The notes: generated by a model not told the origin, from the letters alone. A stretch of 64,000 bases of DNA from Owenia fusiformis (GCA_903813345.2 CAIIXF020000001.1:29326001-29390000); one strand, 5' to 3'; shown: positions 14,901 through 29,900, counted from the stretch's first letter. Numbers and translations: made by a program.

Positions 14901-17900
14901 TTGGATCCAGTGCACACATAGGTGCCACTGTCACTCTGTTCTGCATTCCTAATGGTCAGAGTTCCCATGCCATCATCAATTGCCTTTGCTGGAAGACTGC
15001 CTAACTGCTTGGTCCAGGCTAGGATATAGGTCACCTGGAAACATTGGTCAAATAATCAGTCATATAAAGACCTGGGAATTGTCCTTTGGTGTTCATTCGG
15101 TGCACAACATGCACAGTACATACCCCAGTCAATGTGAGAATACTGAGTAAATGAATCCTCAATTTCAATATGACAGCCAAAAATAAAGAGGTTGTGATAT
15201 TGTGATTTGAGAGTAGAAATGTCTCACATTTATGGGGTACAAGTACATAAAGGTACAGGGTATTCAAAATATACTCCAAGCATATTACTGAACACCCTGT
15301 ATATGTTCTGAAAGGGAAAAGTTGGATATAAATGGTTACAATGGTTGTTACAAATGTGACTATGAGAAGATCATCCATGACTGACCAAACAAGAATACAT
15401 CTTCAGAAAATAAATCAAAAGTTCTATTGCTTATTGCTCTCCATGCATATCAACTTAACTGTAACCAAATATATCTCAAGAAAGGGATTATCTACAATAT
15501 ATATAGTAAGGATATAACAACAAAAGGCACTCAGGTGTACAATATTGACTGTTACTAACAATTATCAACAATTCACAAGTTAACAGAATTGAAAACTTTT
15601 AAAACAAATTAAAAGAATATATCAGAAACACAAAAAGAAACATATATAGAATATAACATCAAGATTATAAATGTAAAAAGAATCGTTAAATTATAAATTA
15701 TACATATATGTGTTACATTGTGTAAGTAATGCTAGAAAGTAAAGCAAACATGCAAATAATTTGTATACATGTATATAAGTTAACATTTAATTTGTGAGGT
15801 AAGGGTCTAAATACATATAGCTCAACAAAACAAAGCATACAACATATATCTACAGTATACACAACTTTGACTACCTAGAATATTTATAACACACTTTACT
15901 GGTTTAACATAAAATATAGTAGAAAACAAATGCACCCCTCTTAAAGTTAAATAAATATCAGTTAACTACTGTACAGGAAATCCATATAAATTCAAAATTA
16001 AAGGAGCTCAGTGCCCAACTCTGATCCTAAAATGTACCAAAATAAAAAATAATCTATTTCTGATTTTTTTCATATTTGATGTATCAAAGATCACACATGG
16101 GCATTGAGTAACTTTAAGTAGCTCATAAAGCTAGCAACATGTCTAAAGCATGGCTTCAAAATATCCAAGCAAAAACTATTTTATCAAAACAATTCTTCAA
16201 CTATATCCAAATATCCAAATCAACTAGAGGCTCTGCGTAACAGTCCAAAACAGCATTGAGAAGAAAATAAGATCATATACTTCTATTCACAATTTAGCAT
16301 TTACTTTCCTTATGTTCAAGTTTATGGTAAAGTACATATATTCACACACCATCTAGTACATAGAAAAAGATCTGTTACGCCTGAAATATCTATTGTCCTT
16401 TCAAAAATGGTCAGGTGCAGTCAAATGGTAGTTTTATATTCATGGTTGATTAGACCATCATCTTTTCAACATCTACATCCATGATTTGACAAGAAGCCAT
16501 ATTAGAAATTAAAAATGGTGGCTAATTTGAAATAAGCAGCCATTTCTTCTTGAGCAGAGGTATTTAGTTATCAAAATAAATTATAAAAATTTCAAGAAAA
16601 ATAGGGGCCATTTTGAATTGAGTTGCCATACTGAAAATTCAATCTTCAGCAGAGGTTCTATGTCCCCCTAGGAATTAGCTATAAATTTAACCACATTTCT
16701 CAACAAGTATTGGAGACACCTGGCCAGATGAATGGATGGATCAATAAATAGACAACTTCTCTAAATCTGAATTCAAACTTTGTTCAGCCAGATATAAATC
16801 AACTATGTGTGTCTTTAAATAAAGCATATGTGTCAGTAAGTAAAGCATTTGTGTGTCCATAAGTTAAAATAAATGTATCCCTGGGTAAGGCATGTGTATC
16901 TGTGATTCATTGAGTAGCTTATTACTTATATAGTGTGTAGATGTTGTAACATATAAAGCCTAATTCAGCCACGAACAAACTGTAGAAGCTTAGGTGACTT
17001 AGCAACATTCCTGTAAAGCGACATCTTTAAATAAAGCAGTTAAATATTCTGTATAAAAAAATCCCTCTGGTTGGATCTTCTATAGATTAACACAAACAGA
17101 TCATAGATAGGTCAATATTTCAAAGTTCAAAAAATACATTTCAAAAGTTTAAAACACATATGTTCAAGATTGACTCTCCCCAAAAAAGCAATAGAACTTC
17201 TATCGGTTATATAGACAAACATTGAAAAATTAACCTTCTCTCTATTTTCAGTTGAGCAATCTATATGGAAGATCAAACCTGGAGGTGGAAATGTATTAGG
17301 CTTTGTTCACTCTTTGAATGGATCAAAGCAAAGGCATAGGAACTGAAGCCAAGTGATAATGTAAAAAGGGAAGCATATTAAAATGATGAAAAAATGAGAA
17401 TATGTAAATAATTGTGCACCCTTTTTTAATTAAATGAATATGTAAATGATTGTGACCATTTTTAAATTGAAGATGTGATAATTGTCCCCTCTTATGTGAA
17501 TAAGTAAATAATTGTACCTTTTAATACTTGAATATGTAAATAATTGTTCCCTTTTTTATTTGAATATGTGAATCATTGTGCCCTCTCAAATGAATATGTA
17601 AACAATTGTGTCCTCTTCTTATTTGAATAAGTAAATGATTGAGGCTTTTAATATATGAATCTTTTTATTAGAATATGTAAATCATTGTGCCTCTTAATAT
17701 ATAAATATGTAAATAACTGTGTCCTCTTTTTATTTGAATATGTAAATGGTTGTGCCTTTTAATATATGAAAGTGAATGATTGTGACGTCTTTTTATTGAA
17801 AATATAAATGATTGTGCCTTTTAATATATGAAAGTGAATGATTGTGACCTCTTTTTATATGATTAAGTAAAAGATTGTGATTTTTAACATATGAATATGT

Positions 17901-20900
17901 AATAGACTGTGCCCTCTTTTTATTTGAATATGAAAATAATTGTGCCTTTTTATTATTTGTAATTTGTACATGATTGTGCCATCTTTTTAACTTTTTAAAT
18001 ATGCAAATGATTGTGCCCTATTCTTAATTAACCTACATTTAATGTTACCTCAGATGTGGTCTGAAAAAGAAACATATTCCTATGATTGACATTCACTGTA
18101 TTGCTAATAGATGAAATACAATTCAGTGTTAAAAAAAATTGATATGGTTTTCGCAAAGTTCTAGGTAAGAGTGTATAAAGCCTTGAATGTGGATAAATAT
18201 CAATCAATAAGCTGGCAGAGCCATTCCCGTCATGCAAGTGACGTCAACCACTTACTCCTGCCCCTCTACCGCCAGCCTAAAACCAGAATATAAACACAAT
18301 CATATAATAGACATGTTTACAGAGTTGCGATAGAGCATGGATGCAATGTAGTGTCCAGCCATTTTAAGCTCCAGTAGTGGTATTTATCGCTATTGAAGCT
18401 CGGCACATTACCAATATTTTGTTTCATACAATAGTTTTCATACATTTTTGCAGACAGAAACATGAGTTTAAATAAACACTACATGTGGAGTGTACTAACT
18501 AAATTAGAGACACTGGTAAATTGCATATTAACTATTTCAAGTTTACTGATATTTTGATCAGTAGAAGAATGTGAAAATATGAAATCTACCATCATTCTGA
18601 ATGTGGAGGTTGTGCACTTGTGAAATAACGTCATTAATTACATCAAACATTTGGAAAAAACTAATTTTTGTTTACTACATATAAAGAAGAACAAATAAAG
18701 GAAAAGATCGTATTTACAGATGTACATATTAGTATTGTTCAAAAGTATTTATAATGTGTATCTACCTATACAGCTTTTACAACTAAGATAAGAGAGTATT
18801 ACAACACTAAATCTTATATTATGTCCTAAGAGACATGTTTATAATTTCCAAAATGCAACATTGAGACTTTGAATACAAAATTAGAAAGTAGAGTCATAAA
18901 TGATCGGTTTATTTTCTAATTTTGTCAAATAATCCATTCTCTTTTACTATTTATATTTATATATATTGAAATTGATTTGAACAATACAGTGCATGAGATG
19001 GAACTAATTATTCTTTATTTTCTACAATATCATTTTCCACTGATGCCCTTTTCACGAAAACTCATCGTGGAAAATGATACATTTATGAGGTGTCTATTCA
19101 ATGAAGCAATAAAATACAATATTCTTGAACATTTTACTCCATTTCGATACCAGAAATAAAGTTTACGTATTGAATTTATCTGCTTCATTGTGTTAATGAA
19201 TAAATATGATACGATGCATTACATAATCAACCAATGAAATGGTGGTAAATGTTCTCACCGTGCTGATTCCTGTACAATAGAAGCGTACAGTGGTGCCCTC
19301 TTCAACTGCCTGAGTTTTGGGCTCCTCTACACGTACCACCATTGGACGAGAACCTGAAATATATCATGAAATGCACCATTCAAATGAATTTGATCTAATC
19401 ATGTTCAGGAATACCTTGTTGGTAATTTTACTAATTCAAATTATAAATACTCTTATCTGTTCAGTATGTCTCTTGACAACAGTATCAAAACATGACACAT
19501 TAGACTCATAATCCCAATTAAAACTATAAAGTACAATCTATGAAACTACGTATAATGTTAAAATAAACAAAGACTTGATATGAGTTGGAACTTCCCAAAA
19601 AATTGTAAGACAATGGCATGCTTTTTGAAAATATATAGATTTCAATATTTTACCCTGTGTAGTCTGTACTCTATTTGGTGCCATTTTAAAAACTTTAAAA
19701 ATAAATGAAATGGAAAATTTCCTTACTGACGACAGTAATCTCAGCTGTGCTCCTACCAGTGCCCTCTGCCCCCACAGCCTGGCATATGTAGGTACCACTA
19801 TCATTGGGGACAAGGTCTCTAATCTCCAAAGAATTATCTCCACCAATATATGCTCTGTCGGGGAGTGATCGACCATCAGCACGGGTCCATACAATGTTGA
19901 AGGGGCCTTGACCTTCAACGTCACAGTAAAGAGTGACAGAACCTCCCTGAGGCTGAGATACTCTGCTGGGACTGATGCTAACTCTTATAGGCTCTGCAAC
20001 AACAGCATGTACAGATATCAAACATAATAGATATAGATGTAAAATAGATTTAAGGCAATAAACTACGTAGATATATTTTGCCATATTTCATTTAATACTT
20101 CTATAATTTCTCATGAGGATGTGCTACTATGTAATGTAAGTGTTCATTTTATTTACCTGGGTTGTTCCTACGCTCACAGAAGCCTCCTGGTTGCCTGGGG
20201 TCACCAGTGTACCCTGGAGCACACCTGCAATGGATGAGATATATCAATCTCTAGTTCTAGTAGGTTAAAGGTGTACTGCACTTAAATAATTGTTTATACT
20301 GTATATCTACTGCATAGAAAAACACTTTGTCCCTTTAAAAATGACTACTTTTATTTCTACAAATATGTGGCTTTGGAACTCAAAGTGTGTAATTTACAAC
20401 TGGAAATTCATCAAACATTGAAAATGAAGCTGAAATCGAATGAGAGTTCTAGGTCCAGTATATGGCATCTAGCACACTTACGTTCCACAGTCTGGTCCTG
20501 TATATCCAGTCTGGCATGCATCACAAAATGGTCGTCCATCACTTCCCAGTCTACATGTTGGAGAGAACCTACAAAACAAACAGCATAATATTACAGTACT
20601 TGAATCAGACGACTGCAGTTAAATGTAATCATAATCTGCATTTACCTATCTGTAGTATGACTGCCACAGACCCGTGCTAACTTTATAACTAATAAGAGAT
20701 TCATGTGTGTTTGATCTTATTTATTTGAAGGATACTCTCCAAGATATTAACAACAAATATAAAGATTTTTCTGGAAGCATCCAAGTTAATGTTTGTGGCT
20801 TACTGATTGGTGCGTAGGTTAAGAGGACAAGCACACTGTCTGCAGTCATTCCTAGTTCCAGATGTAGGGTCACCATAGAAACCAGCCACACATCGTTCGC

Positions 20901-23900
20901 ATCTATCTCCTTCGGTGTTGTCACGGCAATTCTAAACGAAAAATTGCATATGTATATTCAATCATATTAGATCTTTTCATCTAGAAAGTTTTAAAAATGT
21001 GAAAAGAAATTGGATTAAGTCTTAAATCATAATTTTCTATTCTCTTCATTTTGTAATTGGAATTGTTAGAATACAATAATGATTTAATAACAACTCCTTA
21101 TAACAGCTGCAGTTATATATAATGTTTAATACTTGAATTAGAACGTATATGGTACATTCCTTGTGTTAAATTTCATACCACTTAAGACCAATTACATCTT
21201 TGTTTCAGCATGTGCTATACTTACTAGGCATGCTCCTGAAACTGGGTCACATGATGTGGCATGTCCATTGCAGCTGCATCTTCCGCAGATGCCTGGCCCA
21301 CTGGGGTTGGAGGGGTCAGGTACACGTGAATAACCCTCAGCACATTCCTGGAAGCATGCTGTTCATGTACATCTACTCATATAAGCAAAGGCTAGACTTC
21401 TCTGTTAAAAAAACTTCTTCAAAGGATAACCAGATTTTTATGTATATCTGGTGGGGTAACCGATTTCAAAAACAAATAAGTCTCAAAGGTACCTCAGGGT
21501 AACCTATATACCAGACACAACTTTTCTACTTTAAAATGAGTGTACATTGCTACATTGTTCATACATTACATAGCAAACCAAAGAAACATAAATATGAATG
21601 TGTGTATATACCTGGCAAGATAAGCCTGAATAGCCTGGAGGGCAGACACAATCCTCCACCAAGGCTGAGCCCAGCCCTCTGTCCTGGGGCACTGCAGTCT
21701 CAAGGGAGAGGTCACTCAGCACAGAGGCCCCCATGATGGAGTGGTATGTGGCCCTAATAAGGAATGCATCAAGGTTGGATAGGACGGCCAAGAAGGCTTC
21801 TCTACTTTGCTCACCACCTGCTAGATTTCGGAAAGTTGCCTGAAAAAAAAAGAGAAATGTTTTTCAACATGTTCAAATATTTTCAATGTATAGTTGGTGC
21901 TTTCCTTATAAATTCAGCATATTCTCTAAGATAGCATTACACAATGTCATAGTTCCACATGTCCAGTAATTATATTTTCACTTTCTTTCAAAATATTTTT
22001 ACTTTCTTTCAAAATATAATAATATTTGTAGTTATTATTTAGGTTAAGATCAATAGCTTAAGCTATTAACACATGTATACAGTATAGCCAACGTTTCATC
22101 AGCGATTTAAAGGTTTAGAGCAGGAATATGAAGTCGTTCAGGGTTTCAAGGCATAATATGCACTGCCTTATTACTCCTGAAAGTTGTCAACAAAAATTAT
22201 AGCCAAATGGTATGTTAATAGGATGAGAAGCCTCTCAAACCATATAAATAAGTTTTTATCATTAGACTAAATGAATTTGAATAATTTAAGTTTTCTAGTG
22301 TCTCTAGTCTGTATGAGTTTGAATAATCTAAGTTTTGTAGTGTCTCTAAATATGTTTCTTGGAGTTCAATCTGACATTTTTTATTGTAAATAATTTCATG
22401 ATTAGGAATAAATTCCTTTTGATTTTAATCGAAGTATACTAAGATTAATAACAGTAATAAATAATATAAATCATGAAAAATGCTGATTTAGTTACTGAAA
22501 GATGGCTTCACTCTAAAAAATAGACTAAAAATAATAATTTTCAATTCAATGTTAACATAACCTGTAGTTGCTTGCAATGTCATAATACATTCCTGGAAAT
22601 GTAGCCTAGTTAAAAAGTATAAAAACAAAAGATTGCCAAATAATTCTCCTGAAAAAAATATCGCTACATTCTAGACTGAAGACTCTCAGCATTAAAATTA
22701 TTGTTATTAAGGCAGTTCTTATAACATTAAGAAAGCATGGATTGTTTAACAATTGCTGAAGCTGGGAAAGAATCTTTCCAACAAATTCAAACATGATTTT
22801 GCAATACAGTGTATACCAATATAATTGAAAGAATACAAACAAATCAAATAAATGATGTATTAATCAACAAAAATACTCTCTGGCTTTTAGCTAATGGAAA
22901 CAACTAAATCCCCATTAGACAATTCTGATGAACACCTTTGGCCTGGGGAGGACTTTCAGGAATGTTATAATTCTGCTGAAAAGAACATTCCTGTTTTTGC
23001 TCCCCCATTTCAAGACCAGGAGTATAGATGATTAATTATACATTATTTATCTTCAAAAGTGTAACATATTTCTCTCTAAGGTGCTCATGTGAAAAAGTTT
23101 TCAAGAGTATCTATCTAGAACCTCACTAAATATAGACTCTATCAAAGAAAACTAGGATTTGAAAGTCTATCCAGTATGTTCTTTAGAACAATTAGGATTC
23201 AAAATTCTTTAAGTCTATCAAATGTGTTCTAGCGAAATTGTATACAGCAGGGGTGTATATGGTGTTCAAACAGGAATGAATAGCCAGGGAAATAAAATAT
23301 GGAATATTGCAAACGGATCGCAACTAAGCTCTCAAACAGAAATGGCCCAGAACTAAAGCTTTATAAATTCTAACACAACAAAGGTTGTCAATCAATCCTT
23401 ATTACAGAATTCATAAAGACAATATCCGAGGCCATTTTTTACTCACTTGTGACATTCTGCCAAATGTCGGGTAATTTGCACTTATAGAACGGAATGAATC
23501 CTGTACAATGGAAGAATTGTTATTCAAGGGTCATCCTCCAAGAACAGGGCTCAAGAAATCGAATACTTAATTCCTTAATATATTCTGAATCTTGTACTTG
23601 GAGGATGTTTTACAGTAGCCATACAACTTTCCACTCTGGATAGAAACTATATATATAAAAGTATTTTTGGAGTGCTATATATACTTTGCAAATATTTTGC
23701 ATGATGATACAACTGTCCACTACCCTGAATGACTAATTTATCCAGAGTGCAACGTGATGGTAATGATGATAAAATTTAGGGAAGCTCCACCACCAATGTT
23801 GGACAAGGACATGCAATGGAATTAAGTTGGGAGAGTCTGTAACAAATCATACACTATAAATAGCATTATTAGCTTATATCAGGGATACTTCCAAACTAAC

Positions 23901-26900
23901 AATCGATCCACAAAATATGAGAATCATTTTGAAAGATGTTTAAAATTTCAAGATCTTGTTGAAGTGGATATTCTGGTGATATTTCCTGATATTCACAAAT
24001 CTTTGATAGAATAGAATTAAATGTTACAAAACATGCATAATAGAATAGAACATGATATGAGAAAGATTCAGATCAAAACAGAAAATGATGAAGTTTGATG
24101 TTTCAATTAATACAGAATTTAGAAAGAAGAAAAATACATGAATTAGGGAAGGATCAACAAAGAACTTGTTTTAGGTACATTTCTAAAAGTAAAAATAAAG
24201 GTAAATGTGCAATATAGTTGAAAATACTGTAATATAAATAAATAATGTTTACCTCATTCAAGCGGACTTCATAAGAGGTAGTTACATCAGGGACCATTGA
24301 GGGACTGAATAAGTAATAGTAGCGAGAGTTGCCACTCTGAAATCAAAATAACATGGAATAAAATAATATCAATGTTTTAATTTCTATAAAATGTTTTCAT
24401 AGCATGGTTTTGAAAAAAAAACATGTGGGCAATTAGAGTAGTCACCCATGTAAGTTAATGAGTGTAAAAACCTCATTGACACAAAAATATCATAACTTTC
24501 CTCATTTGACCAGGTGCATAAATAAGAGCAAAGTAATTCAGATCTGAATATATAAGTAACGCTCTACATGTACTTACAATGAGTTCAATGTCGACATCTG
24601 TTGTCATCTGACCAGCATCCTGGGCAACCATATTCAACATAGTGAACCTAAGCAGACCTCCATATGAGTTAACCTACATAGAAGAGCATAATTTGCAAGC
24701 TGTTAAATATCATAAACAACCAACTAGAAAATTTGGGTAGGCATGAGAAATGAAATGTAATGCTTTTATGTGTGCGCAATGCACATACTTATATAATTTG
24801 ATATAATACTCCCTTTTGGGGGGTCATAGACAAAATAACCTGTATACATTGTACATGTTCCTTTGATTTTAATAAAAAAAATCAAGTAATTTTGCATTTG
24901 ACATTTATCTATGAAACAATAACAGATCATTTTTGCACCTGCGCTTACTGATTACAAACAGAAACCAAATATAGAAACATTATCTCCTTACAATATCTCC
25001 CCTAAACTTGGGTGGTAGTTGCCAGAACAGACTCTCCCTTTCTCGTTGGATGTCAGTGAACTGGGTGAATCGGATCTCATTTCTTGGAGCATTCACAATG
25101 AAGCCATCAGTAACAGGTGTAGCTAGACGTCTGGTGGTCAGCCCAAAGTTGTGGTTGTCACCATCAAAAACTGGTTTGATCTAAAAAGCAAATTATTTCA
25201 GTTTATTGCCATAACTGATGCCTGAGATGAAGTTTACACAGCATAACTGATTAACCTTTAAGCAAAAGAGCAGCACAATATTATGCTGCTAATGAGTACT
25301 AGTGAACAATTGCCGATAATGTTGTCCTGTCAACAATGGCAATTTGTCTATATGTAACCGATTGATTTATAGAAATAAATGTGAAGTATGTAAAATAAAA
25401 AACTAAAAAAACTAATGAACAATCTGTAATCTCCAAAGTACCTGATCCCAGTAATAGGAATCTGTGTTGCATTGTGTGCTGACACCACTGCAGTAACATT
25501 TGGTACATCCATCTACAGAGAGACCAAAGTATCCAGTCTCACACTGGTCACATCTCTGGCCTGTAACACCAGGCTGAAACACATAAAGTACTGATCAAAA
25601 TCTCAGTAGCCTGACATGTACATTTTCATATTCATACAACATTTAAAAGTTGGACCATTTAAATACAATTCTAACTTCTGGTAGTATAGTATACATGTAA
25701 TGCAATATAATATGATGCCCTAAAGGACCAATAACAAGTAAGTGGTGGAAAAACCAGGAAGCAGATTTAAACCCTATTAAAGGTAGCAATGTCTATTGCC
25801 TAACCTACCTTGCATACACACTGCTTGGTGGTGGGGTCACATTGAGAATTGGGCCTTGTGCCTCTTGAGTCACAGTTACATAATGGTCCTGGTCCTTCAT
25901 TGCGACAATAGTCACCTGGCGTCCTGGGGTTTCCAATGTAGCCCCGCTCACACCTAGAAAGTCAAGATTCAAATCATGTCATTCAGGAAGTAATTCATAT
26001 GACAATGGCTCATAGAACTCATGATGTATGATTCAAATGTAAAAATGTTTACAAATCAAAGGTATTTTAATTGATACAAATATATCCAGTGATAAGTGCA
26101 AACTAACTAACCTTTCACAGAATCGTCCAGTATATCCCTGGGGACAGTCTGTACAAGTTGCTCTACCATCTGGATCCAATCTACACGTAGAGCTAAACCT
26201 GAAACAAAAAAGCACACACTTATGAAATACCTTCAAACACCATTCAACAAGAGAAGGTTAAATGTTTGGGAAATTATCAGACATACACATCGTACACATA
26301 TTATAAATGTCAAATGTGTATCCTAATTTGAGAGATTTGAGATGAATAAAAAATTAGGTAACCATCTTGAAAGGAGTCAAACTTTATCATTATCATTTTA
26401 CAAAATTGGACTTTAAATGTAACCACATTGCCCGATGCTTCACTGACAGTGTTTCATTCCATTTAAGACTTACTGATTGGATGAAGTTGACAAAGGACAT
26501 TCACAAGGGTTGCAGTCATTAGGGGAGCCAACTGTAGCGTCACCATAGAATCCTGGGGCACATTGGTCACAATACTCTCCCATTGTATTGCCCTGACAGT
26601 TCTACAACATGCAACATAGTCAACTAAACATATTTTTCAAAACCCTTTAATAGTTTGTACATGTAGTTTCTCATCAGCTTTGAATCATGTTGAATCCTAA
26701 TTTTGACCTCTGTGTATATATTATCTTTTCTAAGACCATATTCTTCAGGGCTAGATCAAACTTTATTCGTGGAATGAATTTGACATTGGTTTTCACCCAT
26801 ACATTTCATCTGGCCAAATAGCTCCTTATGAATTGTTAATCCTGAACATTTACACTTACTTTACATTCTCCAGTCTCCGGGTCACATTCATTAGAGTGTC

Positions 26901-29900
26901 CATTGCAATTACATCGTTCACAGAGCCCAAGATAGAGGCCGCCACCTGATCTAGTGTACCCGGTGTCACAATCCTGAAGATATACATATCACATTGTACA
27001 TCCAGTAACTACATGTGATATTATAAATAACGAGTAGCAACTAAGTAACTGAATTTTAAAGATTTAGTTGGAAGAAACAGGTATTTGAAAGATCACTATA
27101 AGATAACTACATTTGTGGAATTGAAGCATGTCTTACTAATGATAACAAAATTGAGATCTAATTTAAGGAGATTAAGTTCATGATGTAGATGTACATTACT
27201 AATATGTAAATATTGAAACAGCATCCAGTTACCTCACAAGAGAGTCCCTTGTATCCTTCAGGGCAATTACACTGTTCCACAGGGAAGGCCCGCTCTAGAC
27301 CTGTGTTCCTGCTTTCAGCTACCTCCAGAGAAATGTCCCGCAGTCTGAAAAACAGGAAATACACTCATCAATCCATATTTATGATGACATCATAATGTCT
27401 TCCTCTTTGTATACCCAGTTCAGGATGAACTGTTGTTATCAACATTACTAAGGCTGACTTTGTATCACAAATGGTCTCAATCATCTCCTTCAAATATATA
27501 AGACAAGCATAAAGCTCAATCTATCTGAGATGTACATCATTTTTTACTCATTTTTGCATAGCTGAAATATATGGAATATCAAAATGCAATACATTCTGTT
27601 AAATTTAACTATTTAGTATACCTGGATTCAGCTGTTCTGGCTGTGTATGTGGCCTTGATGACAAATGATGAAAGGTCGGCAAGTGCCATCAACAGATGCT
27701 CCCTGGTTGCTTGGGATCCATCTGCACGGTTCCAGAATTGCTGCAAGAATAACATGAATATTAACATTTATAACATACCTATGATGATGTATAGTGCAAA
27801 GTGTACACAAGACAGCGGGCCAATATAAGTTTTGAAAAGCCCGCGCCCGCTAACTTTCTGATTGGTCAAGGCGCTGACGTCATAACCAATCAATCGAAGA
27901 TAAAACTGTGCGAGCAATTTTTCTAAACTCATTTCAATCATTTTCAAACAATTTGTTTGTCAATTCTATAAGAAAATGGTACTCTCTGACCAGTCTACAT
28001 CATCATAGGTATGTTATAAATCGTTTATGTCACTATCGTGGCACATATACCCTCGGTTCTCAGAGATCAATGTCCCTCCCAAGGTCGGGCCATATATCAC
28101 TGAGACCTCGGGCATATATGCCACGATAGTGACATAACCTCTAATTATTATTTCTCTGTAGTGATAATCAGCATGTGATTGGTCAGTTATGTACCATGTG
28201 ACCAAAAATACTACAAGGTATTCCATTCGTGTAAGTCATCGATATGAAAGGTGTATTTTTAGAAAAATAAATACAGATGTTCAACGAATGTGACGTCACA
28301 TGTATAGACTACTTTGAACATGTGGCATTATTTATCCAATTTTCGATTTTTGAGACACATTGTTAAACTGTTGATATGTATGAAATAATAAAACAAATAT
28401 TGAATGTATATATTCCCGGGAGATGTATTCCCGGGGGATGTACACCCTCAGAAATATATACAGGTATTGCACTCAACATCATTCAATATTTGTATCATTC
28501 TGCCATCTATAAGTGAATTGTACATTATAGATAAACTGTGGTTCAGAAATAAAAATTGTAAATAATTACCTCATAAAGTGGGACTTGGAAGGCCTGTGGT
28601 TTGTCTGACTGCATAACCTCACTATGTCTATAGATCAGGTTGATATCATTACCCTAGAAATGAAGAGCAGTAATTATAATATAAGAACTGCAGATTTGTA
28701 ATGTGTAGAGCTGTTCATTTTATAGAGATGTATGCTTTACAATAATTTTTATTTTACTTTTATATATTTTTTATTTTTATTCATTTTGCTTTTGTTTATT
28801 CCTTACCGTGATTTCAACATCTGGGGCATTATCTGGGGACCCATCAATTCCTGGTTTATGAGTGATGGTGAATCGCAAATTTCCACCATATGATGTCACC
28901 TAAATAAGAATGAATAAATCTGATGAAGACATAGACATAAAATTTCTTTTGTTTAATAGATATCTATCTGAACTAAATATATGTCTGTATATTTTAATAT
29001 TGAACAGTTGTATTAAAAACTTGAACAATCACAGTACCTTATCACCAAGGTATCTCTGGGGGAGCTTCCAGTAGTATGCCTGTCCTTGAGGGAGTGAAGG
29101 GAAGCCCCTATAAATGAGGTCCCCGTCTCTGTAGTCTGTTATCAGCCCATCGTTAACGTTCACACTACGGTCCTGGCTTGTAATGGTAAATCCCTGTACG
29201 TCATTGCCAGTGAAGCTGGCACTGACCTGGAGGAACAAACAACACTTCTTATGTATGGGTTATAATACTTTAAAAAATAAATCAACAATAATTGTATCAA
29301 CTCTGTTTACAGATGGAAAAACATGCAAAATGGGAAAAAGAAAATCAGGAAAAGTTCTCACCCTAGCTCTGTTCCATGTTGTACTGGTACAGACATCAGT
29401 GACTCCCATACAGAAGCAAGGAATACATCCATATTGGTTGCTATCAGCAAGGTAGTAGGTATTAGCCTTACATCTATCACACTTTGCTCCCTCGCTGTAC
29501 TGTTTACAGTCACATCGCCCTGTCCTAGGGTTTATTTGGGTGCTATGGCTGCCACGTGCATCACATTCAGGGTGAGGGTTACCTTCTGTAATGAGGTTTC
29601 GTCATTTTAAGTACATATGAAGTTGTTGATATTAGTGAATTGAATTGTACTATATCACAATGTCAGTATTATGTGACTTGACTTGAGACCCAAGGCTTAA
29701 ATGTTATGTTAAAGCCAATCAGGGGAGCATTTCCCAAAAATGATGTTGACTTAAAATTCATGACTTCAGTTGTATTTTGTTCAGTCCATAGATTATGACA
29801 AATCAAGAAAAACAAATTGTAAATATACATTAAAATAATAGATGGTATTGTGTTCACCTTTGTGACATTTATCTCCTAGTCTGGTGGGGTCCCCTTTATA

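Noticed and set aside
27855-27895. CCAAT boxes and TGACGTCA (CRE-like) suggesting an internal promoter
   Set aside because: They lie inside a palindromic, transposon-like insert and there is no other support for a transcription start.
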